DNA of 64,000 nt from an uncultured Lachnospiraceae bacterium (GCA_964490165.1 CAZBAR010000002.1:6064-70063); one strand, 5' to 3'; positions 1-9,054 are shown, counted from the first letter of the stretch. Translations and numbers: made by a program. Notes: generated by a model not told the origin, from the sequence alone.

Positions 1-334
1 TGTTTGCCATAGAGTCGGCAAAGGGTTTTATATATTCAATAATATCGGCAAGCTCGCTGTCAGCTATGGGCTCGCCGTTTATGCAGAAGCGCTCATTAAA
101 GCTGTACACATACGGGGAAGTGAATGCGCCTACGCGGTATCCCGCTGCTTTAAGCACGGCTGACAGCATAGCAGAAAAGCTGCCCTTGCCGTTGGTGCCG
201 GCAATGTGAACGAATTTCAGAGAGTTCTGCGGATCGCCTATAAGAGCGCACAGCTCTTTTATTCTCTCAAGACCCGGTCGGCTTCCGAGCCAGCTTACAG
301 AATGAATATAACTAATTGCTTCTTCGTAGGTCAT
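1..334 (-). CDS. folC: Folylpolyglutamate synthase/dihydrofolate synthase, N-terminal part (runs off window start)
   Basis: Manual minus-strand translation from ATG at 334: MTYEEAISYIHSVSWLGSRPGLERIKELCALIGDPQNSLKFVHIAGTNGKGS...GAFTSPYVYSFNERF, with the FolC HIAGTNGKGS P-loop and FTSP..ER motif. Not in the ORF track. Confidence 0.93.
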   Translation of the reverse strand, partial: MTYEEAISYIHSVSWLGSRPGLERIKELCALIGDPQNSLKFVHIAGTNGKGSFSAMLSAVLKAAGYRVGAFTSPYVYSFNERFCINGEPIADSELADIIEYIKPFADSMAN

Positions 335-392
335 TTTTTAATTTTACCCGTTGCTTTCCTTACTCTTAACAGAGCGCTGATAAATTTTCAAA

Positions 393-437
393 AGTAAAAA
401 GCCCTCTTTCCCCGAAATCAGCGGCGGTAAAGAAGGC
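393..437 (-). terminator. Intrinsic terminator (expression platform) between THF aptamer and folC
   Basis: Minus strand GCCTTCTTTACC...GGGGAAAGAGGGC stem followed by TTTTTACTTT. Confidence 0.7.
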
Positions 438-457
438 GTTCTGCCATTATTGTGCCG

Positions 458-556
458 TTGAAGCGGGATGCAATGGAAGTACCGCAGCGAACGCTTTCGT
501 CTGCACGGCAACTCCCCGTCCGCACAGCACTTTACGCACAGCCATTTACTCTTCAA
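458..556 (-). ncRNA. Tetrahydrofolate (THF) riboswitch
   Basis: Minus strand TTGAAGAGTAAATGG...GCGTAAAGTG...GGGGAGTTGCC...ACGAAAGCG..CGCTGCGGTAC..CCATTGCATCCCGCTTCAA follows the THF aptamer pattern (GAGUA, CGUUAAGUG, GGGAUGU, ACGAA, GCAUCCGC). It lies between a consensus promoter and a folate gene. Confidence 0.85.
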
Positions 557-565
557 GATGCATAA

Positions 566-594
566 ATTATACATCAGCTGCTGTGACCTGTCAA
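566..594 (-). promoter_or_regulatory. Sigma-A promoter of THF riboswitch-folC
   Basis: TTGACA-17 bp-TATAAT. Confidence 0.8.
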
Positions 595-642
595 TAGCAA
601 TGTCCTACTTTTTTCTAAATCTTCCTATTTTTTTCAAATCCC

Positions 643-671
643 TTGACATAATCGGCGCAAACAATTATAAT
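643..671 (+). promoter_or_regulatory. Sigma-A promoter of kinase-BNR hydrolase operon
   Basis: TTGACA-17 bp-TATAAT. Confidence 0.8.
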
Positions 672-762
672 AGAATGGAATTGGAATGTGTGGGTACGCC
701 CGTACTTTTCATTGATACTTTGTGCTGCGGCACAGATGTTAAAAAAGGAATGGTCATTTTTT

Positions 763-1857
763 ATGTCAGTTAAGTTTATCAAAGAAGCGGGAGAGGCATT
801 TGATTTTGCTGCTGCTCCCGTAGGCTATGAGAGATGCGACGCAGGTCACATTAACGATACGTATTTTGTAGACTGCGGCGAGGGCAACCCTAAATATATT
901 ATGCAGAGAGTAAACACAGATATATTTAAGGATCCCATTCAGCTTATGTCCAATATAAAGGGCGTATGTACCCATGTTGCCGAGAAGATCGCAGCAGAGG
1001 GCGGAGACACAGACCGTGAGGTAAGAAAGATAATCGGAACCAAGACCGGCGACGATTACTATGTTGACCCTGACGGACGCTACTGGAGAGCATATCTGGA
1101 GATCGAGGACGTTATATCATATAATACTCCCGACTCCGCAGATCTTTTCTATAAGAGCGCAGTCGCTTTCGGCAAGTTCTTTAACCAGCTTGCAGACTAT
1201 CCCGCTGAGACACTGTACGAAACTATCCCCAACTTCCACAACTCCGTAAGCCGTATGAATGATTTCAAGGCTGCCGTTGCTGAGGATAAGATGGGCAGAG
1301 CTGCTGAGATGAAGGAAGAGATCGAGTTCGCTCTTTCAAAAGAACCTCTTTGCTCTTACATTATAGACCGCCTTGCAGACGGACGCTTTAAGCTTTGCGT
1401 TACTCATAACGATACTAAGCTTAATAACGTACTTATGGATGCAAAGACCGGTGAGGGTACCTGCATCATCGACCTTGATACAGTAATGCCCGGCAGCGTG
1501 CTTTACGATTTCGGCGACTCTATCCGTTTCGGCGCTTCAAGTGCTCCTGAGGATGAGACTGATCTTGATAAGGTCTATATGGACCTTGATATGTTCGAGG
1601 CATATGTAAAGGGCTTTGTAGGTGAGCTGCACGATTCTATGACACCTGATGAGATACTCGGTCTGCCTATGGGCGCATATCTTATGACTCTTGAGACCGG
1701 TATCCGCTTCCTCGGCGACTATCTCAACGGAGATGTATATTTCCACATTCATTATCCCGAGCAGAACAGAGATAGAGCAAGAAACCAGCTTAAGCTCATA
1801 AAGGATATGGATGAGAAGCTGCCTGCAATGCAGGAGATCGTTAAGAAGTATCTTTAA
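763..1857 (+). CDS. APH/choline-kinase-fold sugar kinase (NahK/AmgK-like)
   Basis: GHINDTY, HNDTKLNNVL (Brenner motif), IIDLDTVMPG, YDFGD. Start moved to ATG 763 after AAGGAATGG. Confidence 0.8.
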   Translation: MSVKFIKEAGEAFDFAAAPVGYERCDAGHINDTYFVDCGEGNPKYIMQRVNTDIFKDPIQLMSNIKGVCTHVAEKIAAEGGDTDREVRKIIGTKTGDDYYVDPDGRYWRAYLEIEDVISYNTPDSADLFYKSAVAFGKFFNQLADYPAETLYETIPNFHNSVSRMNDFKAAVAEDKMGRAAEMKEEIEFALSKEPLCSYIIDRLADGRFKLCVTHNDTKLNNVLMDAKTGEGTCIIDLDTVMPGSVLYDFGDSIRFGASSAPEDETDLDKVYMDLDMFEAYVKGFVGELHDSMTPDEILGLPMGAYLMTLETGIRFLGDYLNGDVYFHIHYPEQNRDRARNQLKLIKDMDEKLPAMQEIVKKYL

Positions 1858-1901
1858 TAACACATAAAATTAAAGTCTTAAGAGACTGTAAGGAGATTAT
1901 T

Positions 1902-3026
1902 ATGGAAATTATAAAACCCGCAACAGAGCACGGTATCGTTCACAGATTTCCTACTACGACCTGCTTTAAGTACAACGGATGGCCCTCCGTTTGTAAGGAC
2001 GACAGAGGCGTGCTTTATGCTGCAGCTTCTTCTATGAGAATGTCACACGTTGACCCTACAGGTAAGAACTGTATGTACGTCAGCTTCAACGAGGGTAAGA
2101 CCTGGACTCCTCCGATCGTTGTGAACGACTCTTTTGTTGACGACAGAGATACCGGTATCACCTATGTCGGTGACGGTAAAATGGTTATGTCATGGTTCTC
2201 TCTCGGTTATGAGGACAACTGTGAGCAGATCCAGACCTATGATTGGTTCCCTGCCGGCGACAAGGCTATTTCCAAGGGCTTCGGCAATATGTGGAAAACT
2301 CTGCCTGAGGATGTCTTCAAGGATTGCACAGGTGCTTTTGTTATGACATCTGATGACTACGGTGTAACCTGGGGCGAGCCTATCAGAGTACCTCTGACTG
2401 CTCCTCACGGTCCTTCTGTTTGTGCAGACGGCACACTTGTATATATGGGTAAGTCCATGAGCGCTGACTATGAGGCTCAGGGTCATATCGTAGTATACAG
2501 CAGTAAGGATGCAGGCAACTCCTGGGAGTATACCGGTACTGTACCTTGCGGTGAGGATTGCGTGCTTCAGAATATGCATGAGCCTCACGTTGTCGAGCTG
2601 CCAAACGGCAGACTTCTCGGTGCTATCCGTGTTCATGAAAGAAAGACAGATCCTATGCTGTCTGTATATACCACCTTCTCTGACGATAAGGGTAAGACAT
2701 GGTCAGTTCCCAAGTGTATCGGCGTAGACGGACTTCCTCCGCATCTGCTTGTACATTCCAGCGGTGCTATCATATGCAGCTATGCCTGCCGTACTGAGGG
2801 CAATCACTCAGAGCGCGCAGTTGTCAGCTACGATAACGGCGAAACATGGACTGAGGATTACTGCCTGTACGACTTTGCAGAGCACAATGTTTTGCAGAAG
2901 GATATGGGTTATCCCGCATCTGTAGAGCTTTCTGACGGCTCTATTCTTACTGTATACTACCAGTGCCTGCCCGGTCAGTGGCATACCAGCGTTCTCTATA
3001 CAAAGTGGCGTTTGCAGGGCAAATAA
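1902..3026 (+). CDS. BNR/Asp-box beta-propeller glycoside hydrolase (sialidase superfamily), cytoplasmic
   Basis: Five Asp boxes (SFNEGKTW, SDDYGVTW, SKDAGNSW, SDDKGKTW, SYDNGETW), C-terminal GYP, no signal peptide. Confidence 0.75.
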   Translation: MEIIKPATEHGIVHRFPTTTCFKYNGWPSVCKDDRGVLYAAASSMRMSHVDPTGKNCMYVSFNEGKTWTPPIVVNDSFVDDRDTGITYVGDGKMVMSWFSLGYEDNCEQIQTYDWFPAGDKAISKGFGNMWKTLPEDVFKDCTGAFVMTSDDYGVTWGEPIRVPLTAPHGPSVCADGTLVYMGKSMSADYEAQGHIVVYSSKDAGNSWEYTGTVPCGEDCVLQNMHEPHVVELPNGRLLGAIRVHERKTDPMLSVYTTFSDDKGKTWSVPKCIGVDGLPPHLLVHSSGAIICSYACRTEGNHSERAVVSYDNGETWTEDYCLYDFAEHNVLQKDMGYPASVELSDGSILTVYYQCLPGQWHTSVLYTKWRLQGK

Positions 3027-3083
3027 AATTGCACACGGTCATACCGCAAGTGTATATTGCTTGAGAGGTTAACATCAAAAACC

Positions 3084-3332
3084 ATGAAATCCATGAAGAT
3101 CACAAGAAAAGTTGATGAGCTGGGAAGAATAGTTATACCGGCTGATATGAGAAAGCACCTTGGTATCGAGCCGAATACGATCCTTGAGGCTGAGCTGAGA
3201 GGTGAAGAGATCGTTCTCAAGGTTGCAGAGGACGCGTGTCGCTTGTGCGGTGAGACGAAAAATCTTTATCCTGTAGGCGATGTATTTGTTTGCGGCGAAT
3301 GCGCTGATAAGATCAAGAAAAGCATTATCTGA
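3084..3332 (+). CDS. abrB: AbrB-family transition-state regulator
   Basis: RKVDELGRIVIP motif plus C-terminal CxxC...CxxC. Confidence 0.85.
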   Translation: MKSMKITRKVDELGRIVIPADMRKHLGIEPNTILEAELRGEEIVLKVAEDACRLCGETKNLYPVGDVFVCGECADKIKKSII

Positions 3333-3333
3333 T

Positions 3334-3361
3334 AAAAAAGCCCCTGAAAAGGGGCTTTTTT
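3334..3361 (+). terminator. Intrinsic terminator
   Basis: AAAAAAGCCCC-TGAAAA-GGGGCTTTTTT. Confidence 0.75.
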
Positions 3362-3389
3362 AGAATAGAATTGAGGTTGTGAGATTATT

Positions 3390-3674
3390 GTGGAAAAGAT
3401 CAATGTCGCTGAAATAGCAGCACTGGCAAGACTCTCTTTTACAGAGTCTGAAGCAGAAAAAATGCGGTTTCATATGGAAAAGCTCACCGAGCTTTTCAGT
3501 GTGCTTAATGATATTGAGGGTGATGACAAGGATGATATCGGTTCGCTTTGCGAGCTGCGTGAGGATGTTCCCGATGAATTTTCAGAAAGTGAAAAAATTA
3601 TTGCATCTGCACCTGCGTCCGACGGGGCATATGTTGTCGTACCTCGCGTTGTTTCCAACGGGGAGGAGAAGTAA
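3390..3674 (+). CDS. gatC: Asp/Glu-tRNA amidotransferase subunit C
   Basis: IAALARL...LRED...VVPRVV, directly upstream of gatA. Confidence 0.9.
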   Translation: MEKINVAEIAALARLSFTESEAEKMRFHMEKLTELFSVLNDIEGDDKDDIGSLCELREDVPDEFSESEKIIASAPASDGAYVVVPRVVSNGEEK

Positions 3675-5110
3675 TGTCACTGTTTGATAAAAGCATTGCC
3701 GAGCACGCAGCGGCTTTGCGGCGGCGCGAATATTCGTCACTTGAGCTGACCCGTGCTTATCTTGACAGAATAGAAAAGACGGATGGGGAGATAGGCGCGT
3801 ATATATACACCGATGCCGAGGCATCTCTGAATATGGCAAAGCGGGCAGATAAGCTGCTTGGCGAAGGATGCAGCTCTCCGTTGTGCGGTATCCCTATGGC
3901 AATTAAAGATAATATTTGTACAACGGATTTCCCGACGACTTGCGCGTCAAAAATGCTGGAGGTTTATGTTTCGCCATATAATGCCGCTGTTGCAGAGTAT
4001 CTTTGCGAGTGCGGAGCCGTTTTTTTGGGCAAGACAAATATGGACGAGTTTGCCATGGGCTCAGGTACAGAAACATCGGCGTACATCCTGACAAGAAATC
4101 CGAATAATACAGATCTCTCTCCGGGCGGCTCGTCAGGAGGTTCTGCGGCGGCAGTTGCGGCAGGTGAGTGCGTTTGCGCGCTAGGCAGCGATACAGGCGG
4201 CTCTGTGCGTCAGCCGGCGGCTCTGTGCGGTGTGGTAGGTATGAAGCCGACATACGGAGCTGTGTCGAGACGCGGACTTATTGCTTTTGCATCGTCTCTT
4301 GATCAGATAGGTACTATAAGCCGCAGCGTTATAGATAACGCACTGCTGTTATCTGCCATATCTAAAGCGGACAGCGGCGACGCAACCTGCAGAGGCATAT
4401 CAAAATCTCTTGCAGACGGTATTTCCCATAGCATAAAGGGTATGAAAATTGGCATTATCAGTGAGCTTTTCGGTGACGGTGTCAGTGACAGTGTGAGACT
4501 TGCCGTAAAAAATGCAGTTGATTTATTGAAAAGCTTAGGTGCAGAATTGGCTTTTATATCACTTAAATCTTTGAAATATGCTCTGAGTGCCTATCATATT
4601 ATAGCTTCGGCAGAGGCGTCGTCCAATCTCGCCCGTTATGACGGTGTTCGTTTTGGGCATCGCACCGCCGAGCCTGTGGGTTCTATAGATGAGCTTTATA
4701 TAAAAAGCCGAAGCGAGGGCTTCGGAGATGAAGTGAAATTGCGGCTGATGATGGGCACTTATGCGCTGTCGGAGGGCAGCAGGGAGAAATATTATCAAAA
4801 GGCACAAACTGCAAGAAAACGCATCAGACTCGAATTTTTGCAGGCTTTTGAAAAGTGCGATGTTCTGGTTTCTCCCATGACTTTTGAAACTGCTCCGATG
4901 CTGTTTAAGTACAGGGATGATCCTGTTGCTATGTACCGCAGTGACATTTGCGGTTTAGGCGCAAATCTCGCCGGACTTCCTGCTATGAGTGTGCCGTGCG
5001 GCTGCGAGGGCGGCGGACTTCCCATAGGTATTCAGCTTATAGGCGCTGATTTTTCCGAGTCGGTGCTGTACCGCGTCGGCGCAGCGCTTGAAAGGGGGAT
5101 GAAGTCTTGA
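3674..5110 (+). CDS. gatA: Asp/Glu-tRNA amidotransferase subunit A
   Basis: Amidase signature GGSSGGSAAAV...GSDTGGSVRQPA, and SSNLARYDGVRFG. Confidence 0.96.
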   Translation: MSLFDKSIAEHAAALRRREYSSLELTRAYLDRIEKTDGEIGAYIYTDAEASLNMAKRADKLLGEGCSSPLCGIPMAIKDNICTTDFPTTCASKMLEVYVSPYNAAVAEYLCECGAVFLGKTNMDEFAMGSGTETSAYILTRNPNNTDLSPGGSSGGSAAAVAAGECVCALGSDTGGSVRQPAALCGVVGMKPTYGAVSRRGLIAFASSLDQIGTISRSVIDNALLLSAISKADSGDATCRGISKSLADGISHSIKGMKIGIISELFGDGVSDSVRLAVKNAVDLLKSLGAELAFISLKSLKYALSAYHIIASAEASSNLARYDGVRFGHRTAEPVGSIDELYIKSRSEGFGDEVKLRLMMGTYALSEGSREKYYQKAQTARKRIRLEFLQAFEKCDVLVSPMTFETAPMLFKYRDDPVAMYRSDICGLGANLAGLPAMSVPCGCEGGGLPIGIQLIGADFSESVLYRVGAALERGMKS

Positions 5111-6546
5111 AAACAGTTGACGGATTCGAAGCGGTCATAGGGCTTGAGGTCCACGTCGAGCTGAAAACAAGGACGAAAATGTTTTGCTCCTGTAAAACGG
5201 ATTTCGGTATGCCTCCGAATACGCAGATATGTCCTGTTTGTACAGGACTTCCGGGCTCAATGCCTATGATGAATAAAAAAGCAGTTGAGCTTGCTGTCCG
5301 GGCTGGAATAGGCACAAACTGCAAGATAGCAAATACCTCTGTTATGGCGCGAAAAAATTATTTTTATCCCGATCTGCCAAAGGCTTATCAGATATCTCAG
5401 TATGATATGCCGCTGTGTACAAACGGTTATCTGGACATAGAGACGGGGAGCGGAGCTAAAAGAATAGGCATTACCCGTATTCATATTGAGGAGGATGCCG
5501 GAAAGCTTTTGCACAGTGAGAGCGGTGAAACACTTATAGATTTTAACCGCTGCGGTGTGCCGCTTATTGAAATAGTAAGCGAGCCAGATATAAGAAGCGC
5601 CGAGGAGGCGCGTGCGTATTTGCAGAAGCTGAGAAGCATTATGTTATATGCGGGAGTTTCCGACTGCAGGATGAATGAGGGCAGTCTGCGCTGTGATGTA
5701 AATCTGTCAGTGCGCCGTGTCGGAGAGAGCGCTATGGGTACCAGAACGGAAATGAAGAATTTGAATTCATTTCAGTTTATAGCTAAAGCTATTGAAGGGG
5801 AGTACCTAAGACAGGTGGAGGTAATACAGTCGGGCGGCACCGTTGTGCAGGAGACCCGGCGATATGACGAGAAATTACAGCGAAGCTTTTCTATGCGTCA
5901 TAAGGAAACTTCCGCAGATTACCGGTTTTTCTCTGATCCCGATCTTATGCCCGTCGTATTGACAAACGGGTATATTGATAAGGTGCGCTGCGAGCTTCCC
6001 CAAATGCCTGATGACAGAATAAAAACGTATACGGATAAATACTGCCTCTCTTCTGACGATGCTGATATCCTTACTGCCGACAAAACTACCGCCGATTATT
6101 TTGAAAGCTGTGCGGAGAAGACGGGATACCCCAAAATATGTGCCGGTTTTATATTAAGCGAGATCATGGGAATAAAAACGCCTGAGGAAGGAATTGACCG
6201 GATATCTCCTCTCCATATTGCAGAGCTGGCGAACCTTACAGGTGACGGAGAGATAAACTCAGCTACTGCAAAGAAGCTTATAAGAGAGATGTGGCAGGGC
6301 GACTTTGATCCTGTAGAACGTGTAGACAAAGACGGACTGCGTCAGATAAGAGATGCGGGTGTTATAAAAAGCTGGGTAGCAGAGGCTGTTTCGGAAAATC
6401 CTAAATCTGTTGCAGATTTTCAAAAGGGAAAAGCTTCCGCATCAAAAGCAATTATAGGAAAAGCTATGGCAAAAAGCGGAGGAAGGGCAGATCCGCGCAT
6501 ACTTTCCGATATGGTAATGCAGGAGCTGAAAAAGCTACAGCTCTAA
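5107..6546 (+). CDS. gatB: Asp/Glu-tRNA amidotransferase subunit B
   Basis: IGLEVHVEL, RKNYFYPDLPKAYQISQ, IHIEEDAGK. Confidence 0.97.
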   Translation: MKTVDGFEAVIGLEVHVELKTRTKMFCSCKTDFGMPPNTQICPVCTGLPGSMPMMNKKAVELAVRAGIGTNCKIANTSVMARKNYFYPDLPKAYQISQYDMPLCTNGYLDIETGSGAKRIGITRIHIEEDAGKLLHSESGETLIDFNRCGVPLIEIVSEPDIRSAEEARAYLQKLRSIMLYAGVSDCRMNEGSLRCDVNLSVRRVGESAMGTRTEMKNLNSFQFIAKAIEGEYLRQVEVIQSGGTVVQETRRYDEKLQRSFSMRHKETSADYRFFSDPDLMPVVLTNGYIDKVRCELPQMPDDRIKTYTDKYCLSSDDADILTADKTTADYFESCAEKTGYPKICAGFILSEIMGIKTPEEGIDRISPLHIAELANLTGDGEINSATAKKLIREMWQGDFDPVERVDKDGLRQIRDAGVIKSWVAEAVSENPKSVADFQKGKASASKAIIGKAMAKSGGRADPRILSDMVMQELKKLQL

Positions 6547-6804
6547 TATGCCTATATCAGACAGGCAGGTCAGAAATGAGTTTACATCGCTTTCTGCCTT
6601 GTCGCTTGATATATTATATTTTTCGGCTGCAAGCTTTGATATTTCTCCCACGCTTTTGCGCTTTTCAATGTTTTCCCATACAAAAGCTCCGGTGCTGTTG
6701 AGAGAGCAAAGACCTGTAAATGTGGCGTCGCTGCCTCTCTCCGGTACAAGAATGTAGTCATCATCGCCTGTGGCGCGAAGTATGTAGTTACCTATTATTT
6801 TCAT
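6535..6804 (-). CDS. Stand-alone PqqD-family (RRE-fold) protein
   Basis: 89 aa; LNSTGAFVW...Y..S.D.AESDV..FL..L...GIL is the PqqD pattern. Confidence 0.8.
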   Translation of the reverse strand: MKIIGNYILRATGDDDYILVPERGSDATFTGLCSLNSTGAFVWENIEKRKSVGEISKLAAEKYNISSDKAESDVNSFLTCLSDIGILEL

Positions 6805-6903
6805 AAGATCATCAGCCTTTCAGCCGTTGTGCGGCATTATTCTTTGATCTAATAATAATGCAGCCGGTCTGCAAAAACTATCGAAACACAGAGGGAAATA
6901 CGC

Positions 6904-7515
6904 ATGAATGAAAGAATAATTAAAGACATAACGAATTTTATATTTGTTTCTGACGAAATAAAGGAGGCGGACGCGATTTTTCTGCCCGGCGGCGCTCATG
7001 CAGAGGTGCCGGAAAAGGGAGCGGAGCTGTACAGAAAAGGCGTTGCGCCGATAATAATACCGTCCGGCAGATATTCTATCGGTTCCGGCTCATTTGCAGG
7101 CGTCAAGTCAAAGGCTCACATCTATCGCAAGACTTATTCGACCGAATGTGACTTCTATTCCGATGTGCTGCTTCATGCGGCAATACCCGTGAGCAGCATT
7201 TTAAGAGAGAACAGAGCGGAGTTTACAAAGCAGAATGCAGATTTTACCCGCGCGCTTTGCGACAGGGAAAGGCTTAATATACGCCGTGCCGTTATTTGCT
7301 GCAAATCCTTCCACGCCAGGCGCTGCCTTATGTACTACGGCTTTGCTTTCCCAGAGGCAGAGCTGCTGATATGCCCCGTTGACTGCATGGATGTCAGCCG
7401 TGATAATTGGTATAAGTCAAGAGAATCCTATGATATAGTAATGGGTGAATTAAATAAGTGCTCCGAGCAGATAAAAACTGATTTTTGGAAGTTTCTTTTC
7501 GATAAAAGTTGTTAG
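6904..7515 (+). CDS. YdcF/DUF218 family protein
   Basis: ADAIFLPG, ENRAEFTKQNA, FHARRC. Confidence 0.85.
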   Translation: MNERIIKDITNFIFVSDEIKEADAIFLPGGAHAEVPEKGAELYRKGVAPIIIPSGRYSIGSGSFAGVKSKAHIYRKTYSTECDFYSDVLLHAAIPVSSILRENRAEFTKQNADFTRALCDRERLNIRRAVICCKSFHARRCLMYYGFAFPEAELLICPVDCMDVSRDNWYKSRESYDIVMGELNKCSEQIKTDFWKFLFDKSC

Positions 7516-7643
7516 AGAACGTGAAGTATGCGAGAGTAACCGGTAAATATGCTGTAAGTTCAAATTGAAATAATATCCCAACTTATGTAAAGAAATAAAT
7601 GCCTGAATGTGGTATTCTTGTTTCAGAAGGGAGGATGACGCTT

Positions 7644-8540
7644 ATGTACGAATGGGTGTACGCAGTGCAAAAGCTTATAGACTGGATAGACGACCACGCA
7701 GTTGATAATCCGTCTTTGTCTGAAATATCAAGGCAGGTGGGATATTCACCGTGGTATTGCTCTGAGCAGTTTCACCTTGTTGCAGGTATGACTGTCAAGG
7801 AATATATGGCGAGGCGACGTCTGTGCCTTGCGGCTCTTGCTCTGCGAGATACTGATATGTCGGTAATAGACATTGCGCTTGAGTACGGTTTTTCTTCACA
7901 GCAAGCTCTGACGAGAGCCTTTACGAATGCATACGGATGCGCACCGGCTGCATACCGAAGAAATCCCGTTCCCATACCGATGACTATGAGAAAAGTCGTT
8001 ATCACACCTTCTCATTATATTGAACAAGGAGGTTTTACTATGAGCAATTTATCAGTACCTACTTATCGTGTCGAGTATATTCCCGAACACAGATTTCTCG
8101 GTGTATACGACTATTCCGAGACTTCAGAAGGACCGATTTGGCCGGCGCACGACTGTGACCTTCTCACTGGTATAGTGCAAAGCATTCCAGACTGTCATCC
8201 CGTTGTTACCAATCACACAGCTGGTTGGAAATTGGTAAACGGAGAGAGAAAGTATTTTTACGGAGTTGGAGTAAACATTGATTATAACGGCACAGTACCG
8301 GAGGGCTTTGTGCTTACGGACATTATACCGGGCAGCTATTATATGGTGTTCTCCCATCCGCCTTTTGACTATCTCTCGGAGAACGGCGAAGTAATGAGAA
8401 GAGTAGAAGAGCTTGCGTGGAACTTTGACCCTTCTGTACTGGGCTATGAATGGAATGAGACCGACTGTCAGGATTATCAGAGACATCATTCTGAAGTTAT
8501 CGGTTATCATGTACTTCGCCCTGTTAAAAAAATAGGATAA
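7644..8540 (+). CDS. AraC-family regulator with C-terminal effector-binding (GyrI-like) domain
   Basis: N-terminal AraC HTH (IALEYGFSSQQALTRAF...P..YR); start after GGGAGG. Confidence 0.85.
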   Translation: MYEWVYAVQKLIDWIDDHAVDNPSLSEISRQVGYSPWYCSEQFHLVAGMTVKEYMARRRLCLAALALRDTDMSVIDIALEYGFSSQQALTRAFTNAYGCAPAAYRRNPVPIPMTMRKVVITPSHYIEQGGFTMSNLSVPTYRVEYIPEHRFLGVYDYSETSEGPIWPAHDCDLLTGIVQSIPDCHPVVTNHTAGWKLVNGERKYFYGVGVNIDYNGTVPEGFVLTDIIPGSYYMVFSHPPFDYLSENGEVMRRVEELAWNFDPSVLGYEWNETDCQDYQRHHSEVIGYHVLRPVKKIG

Positions 8541-8823
8541 ATAAAAGGCGCCGATAATCTTCAAGTCAAGATTTTCGGCGCTCTAGATCGGATGGGGTGA
8601 ATTTTCAGCGAGTGCATCACTACGCCCTAAAAACATCGCACTGCGATGTTTTTGCTGCCACTACGAACAGCAGCGCCGATGAAAGTGCATAATTGTAATA
8701 TGCTTGCGCTACTGGCGCAAAGCCGTAAACGGCTTTGCCAAGGTGTGACTATATCGCACTGGCCGGGCTTTCGATTCCCCGCACGGCAACAAAAAACGAA
8801 CACCGAAGTGTTCGTTTCTTTTT

Positions 8824-8898
8824 TGGTGACCCGTGGGGGAATCGAACCCCCGTTACTGCCGTGAAAGGGCGGTGTCTTGACCTCTTGACCAACGGGCC
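8824..8898 (-). tRNA. tRNA-Glu (TTC)
   Basis: GGCCCGTTGGTCAAGAGGTCAAGACACCGCCCTTTCACGGCAGTAACGGGGGTTCGATTCCCCCACGGGTCACCA. Confidence 0.96.
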
Positions 8899-8975
8899 TG
8901 GTAGCGGAAGTTGGACTTGAACCCACGACCTATCGGGTATGAACCGATTGCTCTAGCCAGCTGAGCTATTCCGCC
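8899..8975 (-). tRNA. tRNA-Met (CAT), elongator type
   Basis: GGCGGAATAGCTCAGCTGGCTAGAGCAATCGGTTCATACCCGATAGGTCGTGGGTTCAAGTCCAACTTCCGCTACCA; abuts tRNA-Glu with no spacer. Confidence 0.94.
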
Positions 8976-8987
8976 ACGCGCTTGATT

Positions 8988-9016
8988 ATTATAGCACGTA
9001 AAGTGCTGTTTGTCAA
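8988..9016 (-). promoter_or_regulatory. Sigma-A promoter of tRNA pair
   Basis: TTGACA-17 bp-TATAAT with A-rich upstream region. Confidence 0.85.
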
Positions 9017-9054
9017 GCAGTTTTTTATATTTATTTTGATATTTGACGATTTTT

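Noticed and set aside
344-574. 76-aa minus-strand ORF (and the 101-aa plus-strand ORF 468-773)
   Set aside because: They overlie the THF riboswitch, terminator and divergent promoters, with no RBS or protein-like composition.
763-1857. Aminoglycoside resistance gene
   Set aside because: APH fold only. The HNDTK/DLDTVMPG motifs and carbohydrate context match NahK-like sugar kinases, not resistance enzymes.
8590-8975. Prophage or ICE attachment site at tRNA-Glu
   Set aside because: The tRNA-end copy is inverted rather than direct, and no integrase or phage genes are present.
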